Part shown: positions 1-7,820 of the stretch, one piece after another
How the letters are laid out: every line of letters begins with the position of its first letter
Position numbering within the stretch: the stretch's first letter is position 1
Assembly (NCBI GenBank): GCA_964468895.1
Contig: CAYXWT010000001.1
Location: 10,593-38,157, forward strand
Direction of reading: 5' to 3'
Length of the DNA stretch: 27,565 nucleotides
DNA from: an uncultured archaeon
GTDB taxonomy: Archaea > Iainarchaeota > Iainarchaeia > Iainarchaeales > CSSED10-239
Position numbers and translations under genes: made by a program
Notes under the pieces: model-generated
What the model saw: the letters and a program-made list of their open reading frames with translations, nothing else
What the model was told of the DNA's origin: nothing
The model's database searches: none

Positions 1-104
1 TATAATTTTTTATCTACAAATTTATTAGTTTTTAAATCTTCAAATTCTTTTTCTAAACTTTTATTTACAAAAGCAACAAAAATATCTTTGTCTTCCTTTT
101 TCAT
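1..104 (-). CDS. Partial CDS running off the left edge (N-terminus MKKEDKDIFVAFVNKSLEKEFEDLKTNKFVDKKL...). Its ATG overlaps the stop of the upstream wHTH gene. Function unknown, possibly the partner of a two-gene regulator/toxin-like module.
   Basis: The minus-strand ATG at 102-104 overlaps the TGA stop at 101-103 (ATGA overlap). The frame stays open to the window edge. Only about 34 codons are visible. Confidence 0.35.
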   Translation of the reverse strand, partial: MKKEDKDIFVAFVNKSLEKEFEDLKTNKFVDKKL

Positions 105-376
105 CTTAATTTAACTCCACTAGATAAAACTTTATTGATCATTTTAGGATCATATGTCCAAATTACAACATTATCTTTATCAATAAGAATCTTTCCTGAA
201 GATTCTAAATAATCTAAGATAACTTTAAATGTTTGATACATCATTTTTTTTGGTAGAGATTTCCATAGCTTATATATTGTGTATTCTCCACTATGTTTAA
301 AGATAGATTTTTCAACCATAATCACAGTTTTTAATTTTGGACTATGTAAAATAGTCGTCGTATTTATTGAATTCAT
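101..376 (-). CDS. Small winged-helix-like DNA-binding protein (about 91 aa from Met32 of the 122-aa ORF). The longer start at 469 is possible.
   Basis: ORF 101..469. The C-terminal part (YKLWKSLPKKMMYQTFKVILDYLESSGKILIDKDNVVIWTYDP) has a helix-turn-helix-plus-wing pattern. The first 31 codons are low-complexity and carry TATA-like runs directly upstream of the ATG at 374-376. Confidence 0.5.
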   Translation of the reverse strand: MNSINTTTILHSPKLKTVIMVEKSIFKHSGEYTIYKLWKSLPKKMMYQTFKVILDYLESSGKILIDKDNVVIWTYDPKMINKVLSSGVKLR

Positions 377-548
377 ATTATATAAGTTTATATAAGTTAA
401 ATATTTAAAGCTTTTGGTTAAAGCACCACTTTTCAGCTTTTTACATAAATTAAAATAAAAAATATTCAAAAGACTTTATTTTAAATAAGTATAAAAAATA
501 TTATCACTAAAATAATAGCAATTATTATTAAAAATAAATAAACATATT

Positions 549-743
549 TTATAGAAAAAAAACTTTCTTCTCTGCACCTACATATAAATCGTTTAAATCT
601 AAAGAACTAGATTCCAAAAAAGAATTATGTCTTGAAGATTTAGAAATTATGTTTTCTCCGGTTAACTTATCTGAATGGCCTTCTATTCTTTCTTGTTTTG
701 TTAAATCATCAAACATATCACTCATATTAAAATACCTCTTCAT
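549..743 (-). CDS. Hypothetical small protein (64 aa) downstream of prs.
   Basis: The ORF is co-directional with prs, 21 nt downstream. No recognisable motif. The coding status is uncertain. Confidence 0.3.
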   Translation of the reverse strand: MKRYFNMSDMFDDLTKQERIEGHSDKLTGENIISKSSRHNSFLESSSLDLNDLYVGAEKKVFFL

Positions 744-764
744 TTAGAATAATATCCAAAACCT

Positions 765-1781
765 TTATAAATAATCAGCTATAGATTCTGAATAATGTAA
801 ATTACAAATAACTTTTGCAAAATAATTACTTACATCTATTTGAACATACCAATCTTTATTGTTTTCTAAAAACTCTTTAGATTTATATACAACATTAGTT
901 GTAATTATTTTTTTGAAAATTGGTTTCTTTCTTAGTTCATTAATACGTTCTAATGCAGGAGAATTTAAAAATGGAAGAGAACAAGCAAAATAAATTTCAT
1001 TAGCACCATTTTCTTCTAATAATTCACAAGATCCTTTCATAGTTCCAGCAGTATCTAACATATCATCTACAATTAATACATTCTTATTATCTGCATGACC
1101 TATTAATTTCATAGTAGTTACAACATTTACTTTAGAATAATCTCTTTCTTTATAAATAGATATTACAGGTAATTTTAATTTGTTTGCAAAATCAATTGCT
1201 CTTTTAATACCACCCATGTCAGGGCCAGTAACTAAGAAATTATTTAAATCTAAATTTTTTTTTATATAATTACAAAGATTATGACGTCCTTTTAAATTTA
1301 TTAGAATTGTACTTTCAAAAAAAGCAGTAGTAGAAGGATTATGTAAATCTAAAGTTATAACCATATTAGCTCCAGCAAGTTCAAGCTCTCTAGAAACCAT
1401 TTTTGCTGTAACACATTCTCTACCCCATTGCTTATCTTGTCTAGCGTAAGGAAAGGTAGGTATTACAGCTACAATTCTGAAAACATCTGATCTTTTACAA
1501 GCATCTATTAATACTTTTAAAGCTCTTAAATTATCATCTATAGAATAATTATTAGAATAGTTAGCTACATCTTGAAATATAAAAACATCTTTGCCTCTAA
1601 TAGATTCTAAAATATTAGTTTTGATTTCAGTATTAGAAAATCTTTGTTCAGAAATAGAAGTTAGTTTAATTTCTGGTTGATCTCTTTCTTTTAAATAATT
1701 ATTCAAATTACTTATAACTTTAGTTGCAAAATGTAGGCCATTATTACAACTCATCATACAAATTCCAGTACCAACAACCAT
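765..1781 (-). CDS. prs: Ribose-phosphate pyrophosphokinase (PRPP synthetase).
   Basis: PRPP-synthetase layout with DLH (ITLDLHNP), the flexible-loop region, VTGPDMGG, and the PRPP-binding loop VLIVDDMLDTAGTM. Confidence 0.9.
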   Translation of the reverse strand: MVVGTGICMMSCNNGLHFATKVISNLNNYLKERDQPEIKLTSISEQRFSNTEIKTNILESIRGKDVFIFQDVANYSNNYSIDDNLRALKVLIDACKRSDVFRIVAVIPTFPYARQDKQWGRECVTAKMVSRELELAGANMVITLDLHNPSTTAFFESTILINLKGRHNLCNYIKKNLDLNNFLVTGPDMGGIKRAIDFANKLKLPVISIYKERDYSKVNVVTTMKLIGHADNKNVLIVDDMLDTAGTMKGSCELLEENGANEIYFACSLPFLNSPALERINELRKKPIFKKIITTNVVYKSKEFLENNKDWYVQIDVSNYFAKVICNLHYSESIADYL

Positions 1782-1863
1782 AATTATTCAAATTATTAAC
1801 TTATTTAATACAAATAGAATTAGAATAAACAAATATATAAAGCTATGTTTAAAAAAAATAAAA

Positions 1864-3249
1864 TTAACCTGTAATTACAATTTTAGGATTTAAAGTACAA
1901 ACTCTTTTAACTAGATTAGCACCTTCTAAAGATTCTACAACTTCTATAGATTTTTTATAAGAAGCTGGTTGCTCTTCTCTAGCAATATTTTCACTTCTTC
2001 CACCTAAATAAATACCTTTTCTTTTAAGTTTAGATTTAAGTGCATCATAAGTTATTTGATCTTTAGCATCAGTTCTTGAAAGTTGTCTTCCTGAACCATG
2101 CGCAACAGTAGAATAAATTTTACTTAAAGCTTTATAATTTCCTGGCTTTAAAATATAACTTGCATCCATCATAGATCCAGGTAAAATTATTGGACAACCA
2201 ATAGAACTATATTTATGAGTACTAGGAAGATCTTTAGAACTAAATACTTTTGTAGCTCCTTTCCTATGTACCAAATAGCTTTTAGAATTATGTTTCTCTA
2301 AATTTGCTATATTATGACATAAATCATAAACTAAATCAAAATCAAGATCTTTTTCTTTTAATTTTAAAACTTCTAGAATTTTTTCTTTTATTTTAAAACT
2401 TAAAATAGCTCTATTAACATAAGCATAATTTGCAGCACATTTCATAGCTGTAAAATAAGCATTTCCTAGTTCTGAATTTAAATAGTCATAAGACATAGGA
2501 TATTTATTTCCAAACAAATTACAATAATCTCTAGCAATTTGATGACCTAATCCTCTTGAACCAGTATGTAACATTATACAATATTGATTTTTACTAAGTC
2601 CATATATTTTACAAGCTTTTTTATCAAATATATCCCCTACAGAAACTAAATCAATAAAATGATTCCCTTGACCTAAAGTTCCAACTTGTTCTATACCTCT
2701 TTGTTTAGCAAGAACAGAAACATAATTTGAATTTACATTTTTATAATTTCCAAAATATTCTATACTACTTTTAGATTTTCTTTTTTCATAACCATTGTCT
2801 ATAGCCCAATTAATACCTTTTTCAAGAATAGAGTTTAAAGCACCTTTAGATATCTTAATACCTGCTTTAGATAAGCCAATTGGTAAAGTAGAAAAAGAAT
2901 CACGTAATTCTTTTAATTGATTTGAATTTAAATCTTTTGTAGTTAAATTAGTTGATATTAATCTAATACCACAATTTATATCAAAACCAACTGCTTCACA
3001 ACTTATTATAGCATTTTCTTTAAGACTTGCAAAACAAGAACCTATTGGAACCCCATAACCAGGATGAATGTCTGGAAAACCTACTATTGGAGAACTAACA
3101 TTAGGTAAATCGGTAATAGAATATAATTGCTCTTTAGCTATATTGCTTATATTTTTAAACAAATTAGAATTAGATATAATCTTTAAGTCTATACCGTCTT
3201 TTTTATTATAATAAGTATTTTTTTCTATATATTGAAACATTAACATCAA
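1864..3249 (-). CDS. rtcB: RNA-splicing ligase RtcB (3-prime-phosphate/5-prime-hydroxyl tRNA ligase).
   Basis: RtcB signature blocks are present: HPGYGVPIGS, DINCGIR, GQGNHFID, HTGSRGLGHQIA, HNIA, HRKGAT, PGSM, HGSGR. The length of 461 aa is typical and leaves no room for an intein. Confidence 0.95.
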   Translation of the reverse strand: MMLMFQYIEKNTYYNKKDGIDLKIISNSNLFKNISNIAKEQLYSITDLPNVSSPIVGFPDIHPGYGVPIGSCFASLKENAIISCEAVGFDINCGIRLISTNLTTKDLNSNQLKELRDSFSTLPIGLSKAGIKISKGALNSILEKGINWAIDNGYEKRKSKSSIEYFGNYKNVNSNYVSVLAKQRGIEQVGTLGQGNHFIDLVSVGDIFDKKACKIYGLSKNQYCIMLHTGSRGLGHQIARDYCNLFGNKYPMSYDYLNSELGNAYFTAMKCAANYAYVNRAILSFKIKEKILEVLKLKEKDLDFDLVYDLCHNIANLEKHNSKSYLVHRKGATKVFSSKDLPSTHKYSSIGCPIILPGSMMDASYILKPGNYKALSKIYSTVAHGSGRQLSRTDAKDQITYDALKSKLKRKGIYLGGRSENIAREEQPASYKKSIEVVESLEGANLVKRVCTLNPKIVITG

Positions 3250-3291
3250 AATATTTGAAATAAAAAGGAGTTTAAAAAGTTATTAAAACTT

Positions 3292-3606
3292 TTAACCCTT
3301 TAATTCAATCCCTATTTGAACATCGCTAGGAATATCCACTCTCATTATTCTTCTAAGAATTTTGTCATCTGCTTTTATATCTATTATTCTTTTATGAATT
3401 CTTAGTTGAAATTTTTCATAAGTTTCTGTACCACCGCCAGAAACACCTCTTCTTACTGGAACAACTAATTTTTTAGTTTTAAGAGGAATGATGCCTGAAT
3501 GTTTGGCACCACTTTTCTTAGCAACATCAATTATTTCTTCACAAAACTCTGTAAGTTTTTTGTAATCTGTCCCAGTTATTATAATTCTTGCTGTCTGCAT
3601 ATTCAT
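3292..3606 (-). CDS. rps10: 30S ribosomal protein S10 (uS10).
   Basis: 104 aa with the archaeal uS10 pattern (ARIIITG...LRIHKRIIDI...DVQIGIELK). It lies immediately downstream of aEF-1alpha, as in the archaeal str cluster. An AGAGGA Shine-Dalgarno-like sequence lies upstream. Confidence 0.95.
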   Translation of the reverse strand: MNMQTARIIITGTDYKKLTEFCEEIIDVAKKSGAKHSGIIPLKTKKLVVPVRRGVSGGGTETYEKFQLRIHKRIIDIKADDKILRRIMRVDIPSDVQIGIELKG

Positions 3607-3625
3607 TCCTCTTTATAAACTATTT

Positions 3626-4885
3626 TTATTGTTTCTTTTTAATTGCAGTTATAACTCCAGCAGCAACTGTTTTTCCCATATCTCTTATAGCAAATCTTCC
3701 AAGTTGAGGAAAATCTTTAAAAACTTCAACACAAAGTGGTTGTGTAGGTTTTATTCTTACTATAGCAGCATCACCTGTTTTCAAAAACTTAGGATTATCC
3801 TCTTTAACAGGAGCTAGTCTTTGAACTAATTCTATAAATGTACAAGACATTTGAGCAGTATCAATATGGAATACAGGTGTGTATCCAGGAGTAATTGCTG
3901 TTGGGTGACCTAAAATTACAATTTGAGCTGTAAATTCTTCAGCAACTGTTGGTGGATTATTAATTGGTCCTATTACAGATCCTCTTTTAATATCTCCTCT
4001 TCCAACTTTTCTTAAATTAAACCCAATATTATCTCCAGGTCTTGCTTCAGTAAGTGGTGTATGATGTATTTCTATAGATTTGATATCAGTTTCTATACCT
4101 TCAGGCATAATTATAACTTTATCATTTGGTCTTAAAATACCAGCTTCAACTCTTCCAACAGGAACAGTTCCAACACCTTTAATATTATAAACATCTTGAA
4201 CAGCTAATCTTAATGGTTTATCTGTAGGAATTTCACCTGGTTTAAAATAATCTAAAGCTTCTAATAAAGTAGGTCCAGTATACCAAGCTGTTTTTTCAGA
4301 TTTATTTACAACATTATCTCCATTCCATGCGGAAATAGGTATTACTCTAAATTGATCTTCTTTAAAACCACTTTTCTTTAGTAATGCAGAAGCTTCTGCT
4401 TTAACTTCGTTAAATCTTTCTTCTTTATAACCAACTTCATCCATTTTATTAACTGCTACTATTACTTGTTTAATACCCATAACTTGAGATAAACGTGTAT
4501 GTTCTATAGTTTGAGCCTTAACACCATCTTTAGCAGCACATACTAAAACAGCAGCATCTGATTGAGCAGTACCAGTTATCATATTCTTAATATAATCTGC
4601 GTGACCAGGTGCATCAATAATTGTAAAATAATTTTTCTTAGTTTCTAATTTTTTATAATTAACGTCAATTGTGATACCTCTTTCTCTTTCTTCTTTAGTA
4701 ACGTCCATCATATATGCAAATGAGAAAGTTGATTTTCCTTTTTCTTCAGCAATTGCTTGTAATTTTCTATAATCTTGTTCACTTAAGTTTCCAGAATCGT
4801 ACATTAATCTACCAACAGTAGTAGACTTACCATGATCAATGTGACCTATAAAAATAACATTGATTTTACTCATTTCTCCAGCCAT
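3626..4885 (-). CDS. tuf: Translation elongation factor aEF-1alpha.
   Basis: GTPase motifs GHIDHGKST (G1), DAPGH (G3) and NKMD (G4), with domains II and III conserved. A GGAGG Shine-Dalgarno sequence lies 8 nt upstream of the ATG. Confidence 0.97.
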   Translation of the reverse strand: MAGEMSKINVIFIGHIDHGKSTTVGRLMYDSGNLSEQDYRKLQAIAEEKGKSTFSFAYMMDVTKEERERGITIDVNYKKLETKKNYFTIIDAPGHADYIKNMITGTAQSDAAVLVCAAKDGVKAQTIEHTRLSQVMGIKQVIVAVNKMDEVGYKEERFNEVKAEASALLKKSGFKEDQFRVIPISAWNGDNVVNKSEKTAWYTGPTLLEALDYFKPGEIPTDKPLRLAVQDVYNIKGVGTVPVGRVEAGILRPNDKVIIMPEGIETDIKSIEIHHTPLTEARPGDNIGFNLRKVGRGDIKRGSVIGPINNPPTVAEEFTAQIVILGHPTAITPGYTPVFHIDTAQMSCTFIELVQRLAPVKEDNPKFLKTGDAAIVRIKPTQPLCVEVFKDFPQLGRFAIRDMGKTVAAGVITAIKKKQ

Positions 4886-4890
4886 ATTTT

Positions 4891-4904
4891 ATTCCTCCAA
4901 TATA
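4891..4904 (-). promoter_or_regulatory. Strong Shine-Dalgarno context TATATTGGAGGAAT upstream of tuf.
   Basis: On the minus strand this reads TATATTGGAGGAAT, with GGAGG (plus-strand cctcc at 4894-4898) 8 nt before the ATG at 4885. The identical 14-mer occurs upstream of the PRC-barrel gene at 27239-27252. Confidence 0.55.
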
Positions 4905-5094
4905 ATGTGTTTTTAATAAAAATATTTTTCTAATAGTATATGTATATATTCAGAAAAATTGTTTGAACTAAAATTCAAAATTCATTAAATTAATAATACA
5001 TATAATATAATATAAAAGACATAAACTTTATAAATAGATTATTTATATAAATGAAACTTTGTACCCAAAAATAATTTAAAAAACAAATAACACA

Positions 5095-6165
5095 TTATTC
5101 TTTATTAAAATCCTCATAGTCATTTTTATCATACATATATATCTTTTTTACAATCTTTTTATTTAAAAAATTATAATTTTCAAACAACTTATTTTCATCT
5201 GTATCTTTAAACATATCAAAAGGTACTCTTTGTGTTAAATCAAAAATATAGTATGTATTTTTAATTTTAGTTTTAACAAAAGCATGAGTTTGATCATCTT
5301 CTAATAAAACTACATAAATTTTAGCATTATTATCATTTAATGATTTCATTATAGCACATAAAAAAATAGATATATCTTGTTCGTCTGCAATTTTATGTTT
5401 AATAATTTCATTAAAATCTAACCAAAATAAAACTTTTAAATCATTTTTTATAACATTAATTTCAGATTTAAAAAAATTATATATTTTTCTAATAGTGTTA
5501 AGATAATCTCTACTATATTCATAACCGATAGGTTTGAATTTAGAAACAATACTGCTAATAGTTAAATCTTCAGAATCAACCATATCTTTAATTTCAGAAA
5601 TGGTTTTTTGTTCTTTTGAATTAATTAACTCTTTATATTTTGCAAGTATGATTTCATAATATTTGTTTTTAGAAACACCCTCTAAAGAAACATTAGATTC
5701 ACCGCTGTTCTGAAGATTTTTTATAAACTCTTCAAGTTCTTTAACTCTTATTTGTAAATTATCTTTTTCTAATTCACTCTCACTAAGTTTACCTTTAAGT
5801 TTTATATTTTTAAATCTTAAATCACTAGTATCTTTATCTTTACCTTGTATATTTGTTAATTTAGATACTTCTTGATTTACAGATTCATCAATTTTATTAA
5901 TTTCAGTACTTAAATATTTTAAAACTTTAGTATATTCTAAATCATCTATACTTTTAGCACTATATTTAAATGATAATTCTTCTTTTTCTTTTAATAGTTC
6001 TTTCTTTCTAGAATTAAGTTCTTCTATAATTTTCCAAGAATTTTGTTCAGCTTTAACAGGTGTTTTTATTTTATTTTTAAGATTAATATAAGTTATTACA
6101 ACCCCAAAAACAATTATTATAATTACAACAATTATAATTTGCAAAGAATCTATCATATAAACCAC
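5095..6165 (-). CDS. Membrane-anchored coiled-coil protein with a C-terminal transglutaminase-like (Cys-His-Asp) domain. Hypothetical.
   Basis: N-terminal TM helix (LQIIIVVIIIIVFGVVITYI), then a long heptad-like K/E/L-rich segment. The C-terminal block is ISIFLCAIMKSL...DDQTHAFVK...YYIFDLTQ, with C270, H294 and D309 spaced as in transglutaminase-fold cores. Confidence 0.6.
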   Translation of the reverse strand: MVYMIDSLQIIIVVIIIIVFGVVITYINLKNKIKTPVKAEQNSWKIIEELNSRKKELLKEKEELSFKYSAKSIDDLEYTKVLKYLSTEINKIDESVNQEVSKLTNIQGKDKDTSDLRFKNIKLKGKLSESELEKDNLQIRVKELEEFIKNLQNSGESNVSLEGVSKNKYYEIILAKYKELINSKEQKTISEIKDMVDSEDLTISSIVSKFKPIGYEYSRDYLNTIRKIYNFFKSEINVIKNDLKVLFWLDFNEIIKHKIADEQDISIFLCAIMKSLNDNNAKIYVVLLEDDQTHAFVKTKIKNTYYIFDLTQRVPFDMFKDTDENKLFENYNFLNKKIVKKIYMYDKNDYEDFNKE

Positions 6166-6308
6166 ACATAATTATTAATTCATTATTATATATAGTAATA
6201 TATGTTTCAACTATTATTTATATATATACCTATTTTTTTAAAAACATATTTGTAAAATAAATTAAAATAACAATACAAAATAAAATACTTTATATAAGTA
6301 AAATATAT

Positions 6309-7400
6309 ATGAAAAAAGAAAATATTGAAATTACTAGTAATAGTATTTATTATATATCTAAAATTTTACAAAAAGAATTAGAACTTGGTTATATTAATAG
6401 TGTTCAAAATATAGATTATAATACTATTAAAATGAAAATTCATAGAAAACAAACTAAAACTCTAATAATAAATCTGGATCTATTATATCTGTCCAATTAT
6501 AATCTAATAGCTATGGAACAATCTACTGCTTTTATTAAATTTCTTAAAAAGAAATTAGATAATCAAAGAATTAATGAAATTAAACAAAATAAAAATAATA
6601 AATTAATTTATTTTAAATTAGACATCTATTATTTAATATTTGAATTTTTTAGTAAATCAAATGTTATATTAACCGACTTAGATTTTAAAATAATAAGTGC
6701 AAGAAGATATGAAAAATGGAAAGATAGATCTATTCTTCGTAATGAAACATATTTATTTCCAAGCTCACAAGATATTAAAAATGAAAACTTTGAAAATTTT
6801 AAAAAATTAATTGATAATCAAAACAAAAAAGACATAATCTATGCTATTATTAAAAATTATAATGTAGCACCATATTATTTAAAAACAATTTTTGATGAAT
6901 ATGAAGATGAAGTAAGTTTAGAAAATTTAGAAACTATATTTTTAAAGATTAAAAATTTGTTTGAATATGAATTTTCAAATTTAGAAATAAAAAATAAAAA
7001 TTCTAAAAAATTGATTGTAAGTAATAAAATAAATTCAGAAATTAAAGATCATTTCTCAGAAATTGAAAATACATATCTAGATTCAAAAAAACAAGAGAAT
7101 GTTAGTCCTGAAAATAAAAAAAGAAAAAAGTTAGAAAACATACTTAACATTCAACATAATACTAAAGAAAAATTTTTAACACAAATTGAAGATTCTAAAA
7201 AACAAGGTGAATCTATATATTGTAACTTTAAAATAATTGAAGATATTAATAAACAAGTAAATATTGCCACATTAAAAAAAATAGATTCAAAAGAAATTAT
7301 TACTAAAATTAATACTTATTTCTTTAAAAATAATATCAAACTTAAAATAAAAAAATTAGATCTTAAAAACAAAACATATCAATTAGAATTAGAAAATTGA
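6309..7400 (+). CDS. NFACT-N domain protein (RqcH/Rqc2/FbpA-like ribosome quality control factor homolog). It is truncated and lacks an NFACT-R region.
   Basis: The N-terminal 150 aa follow the NFACT-N pattern (...STAFIKFLKKKLDNQRINEIKQ...LIYFKLD...SNVILTD.DFKIISARR...ETYLFPSS). The rest is K/E/N-rich and coiled-coil-like. It is 363 aa, whereas I recall full-length archaeal and bacterial homologs being roughly 550-680 aa. Confidence 0.7.
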   Translation: MKKENIEITSNSIYYISKILQKELELGYINSVQNIDYNTIKMKIHRKQTKTLIINLDLLYLSNYNLIAMEQSTAFIKFLKKKLDNQRINEIKQNKNNKLIYFKLDIYYLIFEFFSKSNVILTDLDFKIISARRYEKWKDRSILRNETYLFPSSQDIKNENFENFKKLIDNQNKKDIIYAIIKNYNVAPYYLKTIFDEYEDEVSLENLETIFLKIKNLFEYEFSNLEIKNKNSKKLIVSNKINSEIKDHFSEIENTYLDSKKQENVSPENKKRKKLENILNIQHNTKEKFLTQIEDSKKQGESIYCNFKIIEDINKQVNIATLKKIDSKEIITKINTYFFKNNIKLKIKKLDLKNKTYQLELEN

Positions 7401-7412
7401 ATTATTAGGTAC

Positions 7413-7670
7413 TTAACCTAATAATTGTTTTTCATCAACTACAAAAACATCGCTTACAGCTAAAATACATTTGTAAGGAACTTCTATTAAATTACCTTGA
7501 ACTTCAAGTTGTTTTAAAATTTTAGATGAAGGGTCTACTTCTACAAGAATAGATTCTATATCACCAGTAGTTTCATTAACCATTAAATCCACTAATCTAC
7601 CTATGTTGTCTCCCCTATTAGTTATCAATTTTTTAGTAGCAAGTTGTCTTGCAATAGCATATTTATACAT
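7413..7670 (-). CDS. PRC-barrel domain protein (85 aa).
   Basis: Single-domain pattern: KKLITNRGDNIGRLVDLMVNETTGDIESILVEV...IEVPYKCILAVSDVFVVDE. Confidence 0.75.
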   Translation of the reverse strand: MYKYAIARQLATKKLITNRGDNIGRLVDLMVNETTGDIESILVEVDPSSKILKQLEVQGNLIEVPYKCILAVSDVFVVDEKQLLG

Positions 7671-7769
7671 TTTAAGTCCCTCTCATTAATTTTTAAAATC
7701 TAATTTAATTTTGAAATTATTATTATTTATAACATATATAAATTACAACAACTTCTTTATATACGTATC

Positions 7770-7794
7770 GGTTTAAATAACAAGTATTTAAACC
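7770..7794. other. Perfect 10-bp-stem hairpin (GGTTTAAATA-acaag-TATTTAAACC) between the DUF373 gene and the PRC-barrel gene.
   Basis: Inverted repeat read directly: 7770-7779 is the reverse complement of 7785-7794. It sits 27 nt downstream of the DUF373 stop codon. Confidence 0.35.
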
Positions 7795-7820
7795 ATATTT
7801 TCATTTGGATTATAAACAAA

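Noticed and set aside
3629-3817. 62-aa ORF antisense to aEF-1alpha. Similar antisense ORFs lie at 9524-9742, 11351-11542, 18297-18593 and 25640-25849.
   Set aside because: All lie fully inside, and opposite to, longer ORFs. Those at 3629 and 9524 are opposite well-supported conserved genes, and the others are opposite longer ORFs that are better coding candidates. Their translations are low-complexity, and shadow ORFs like these are expected in AT-rich DNA.
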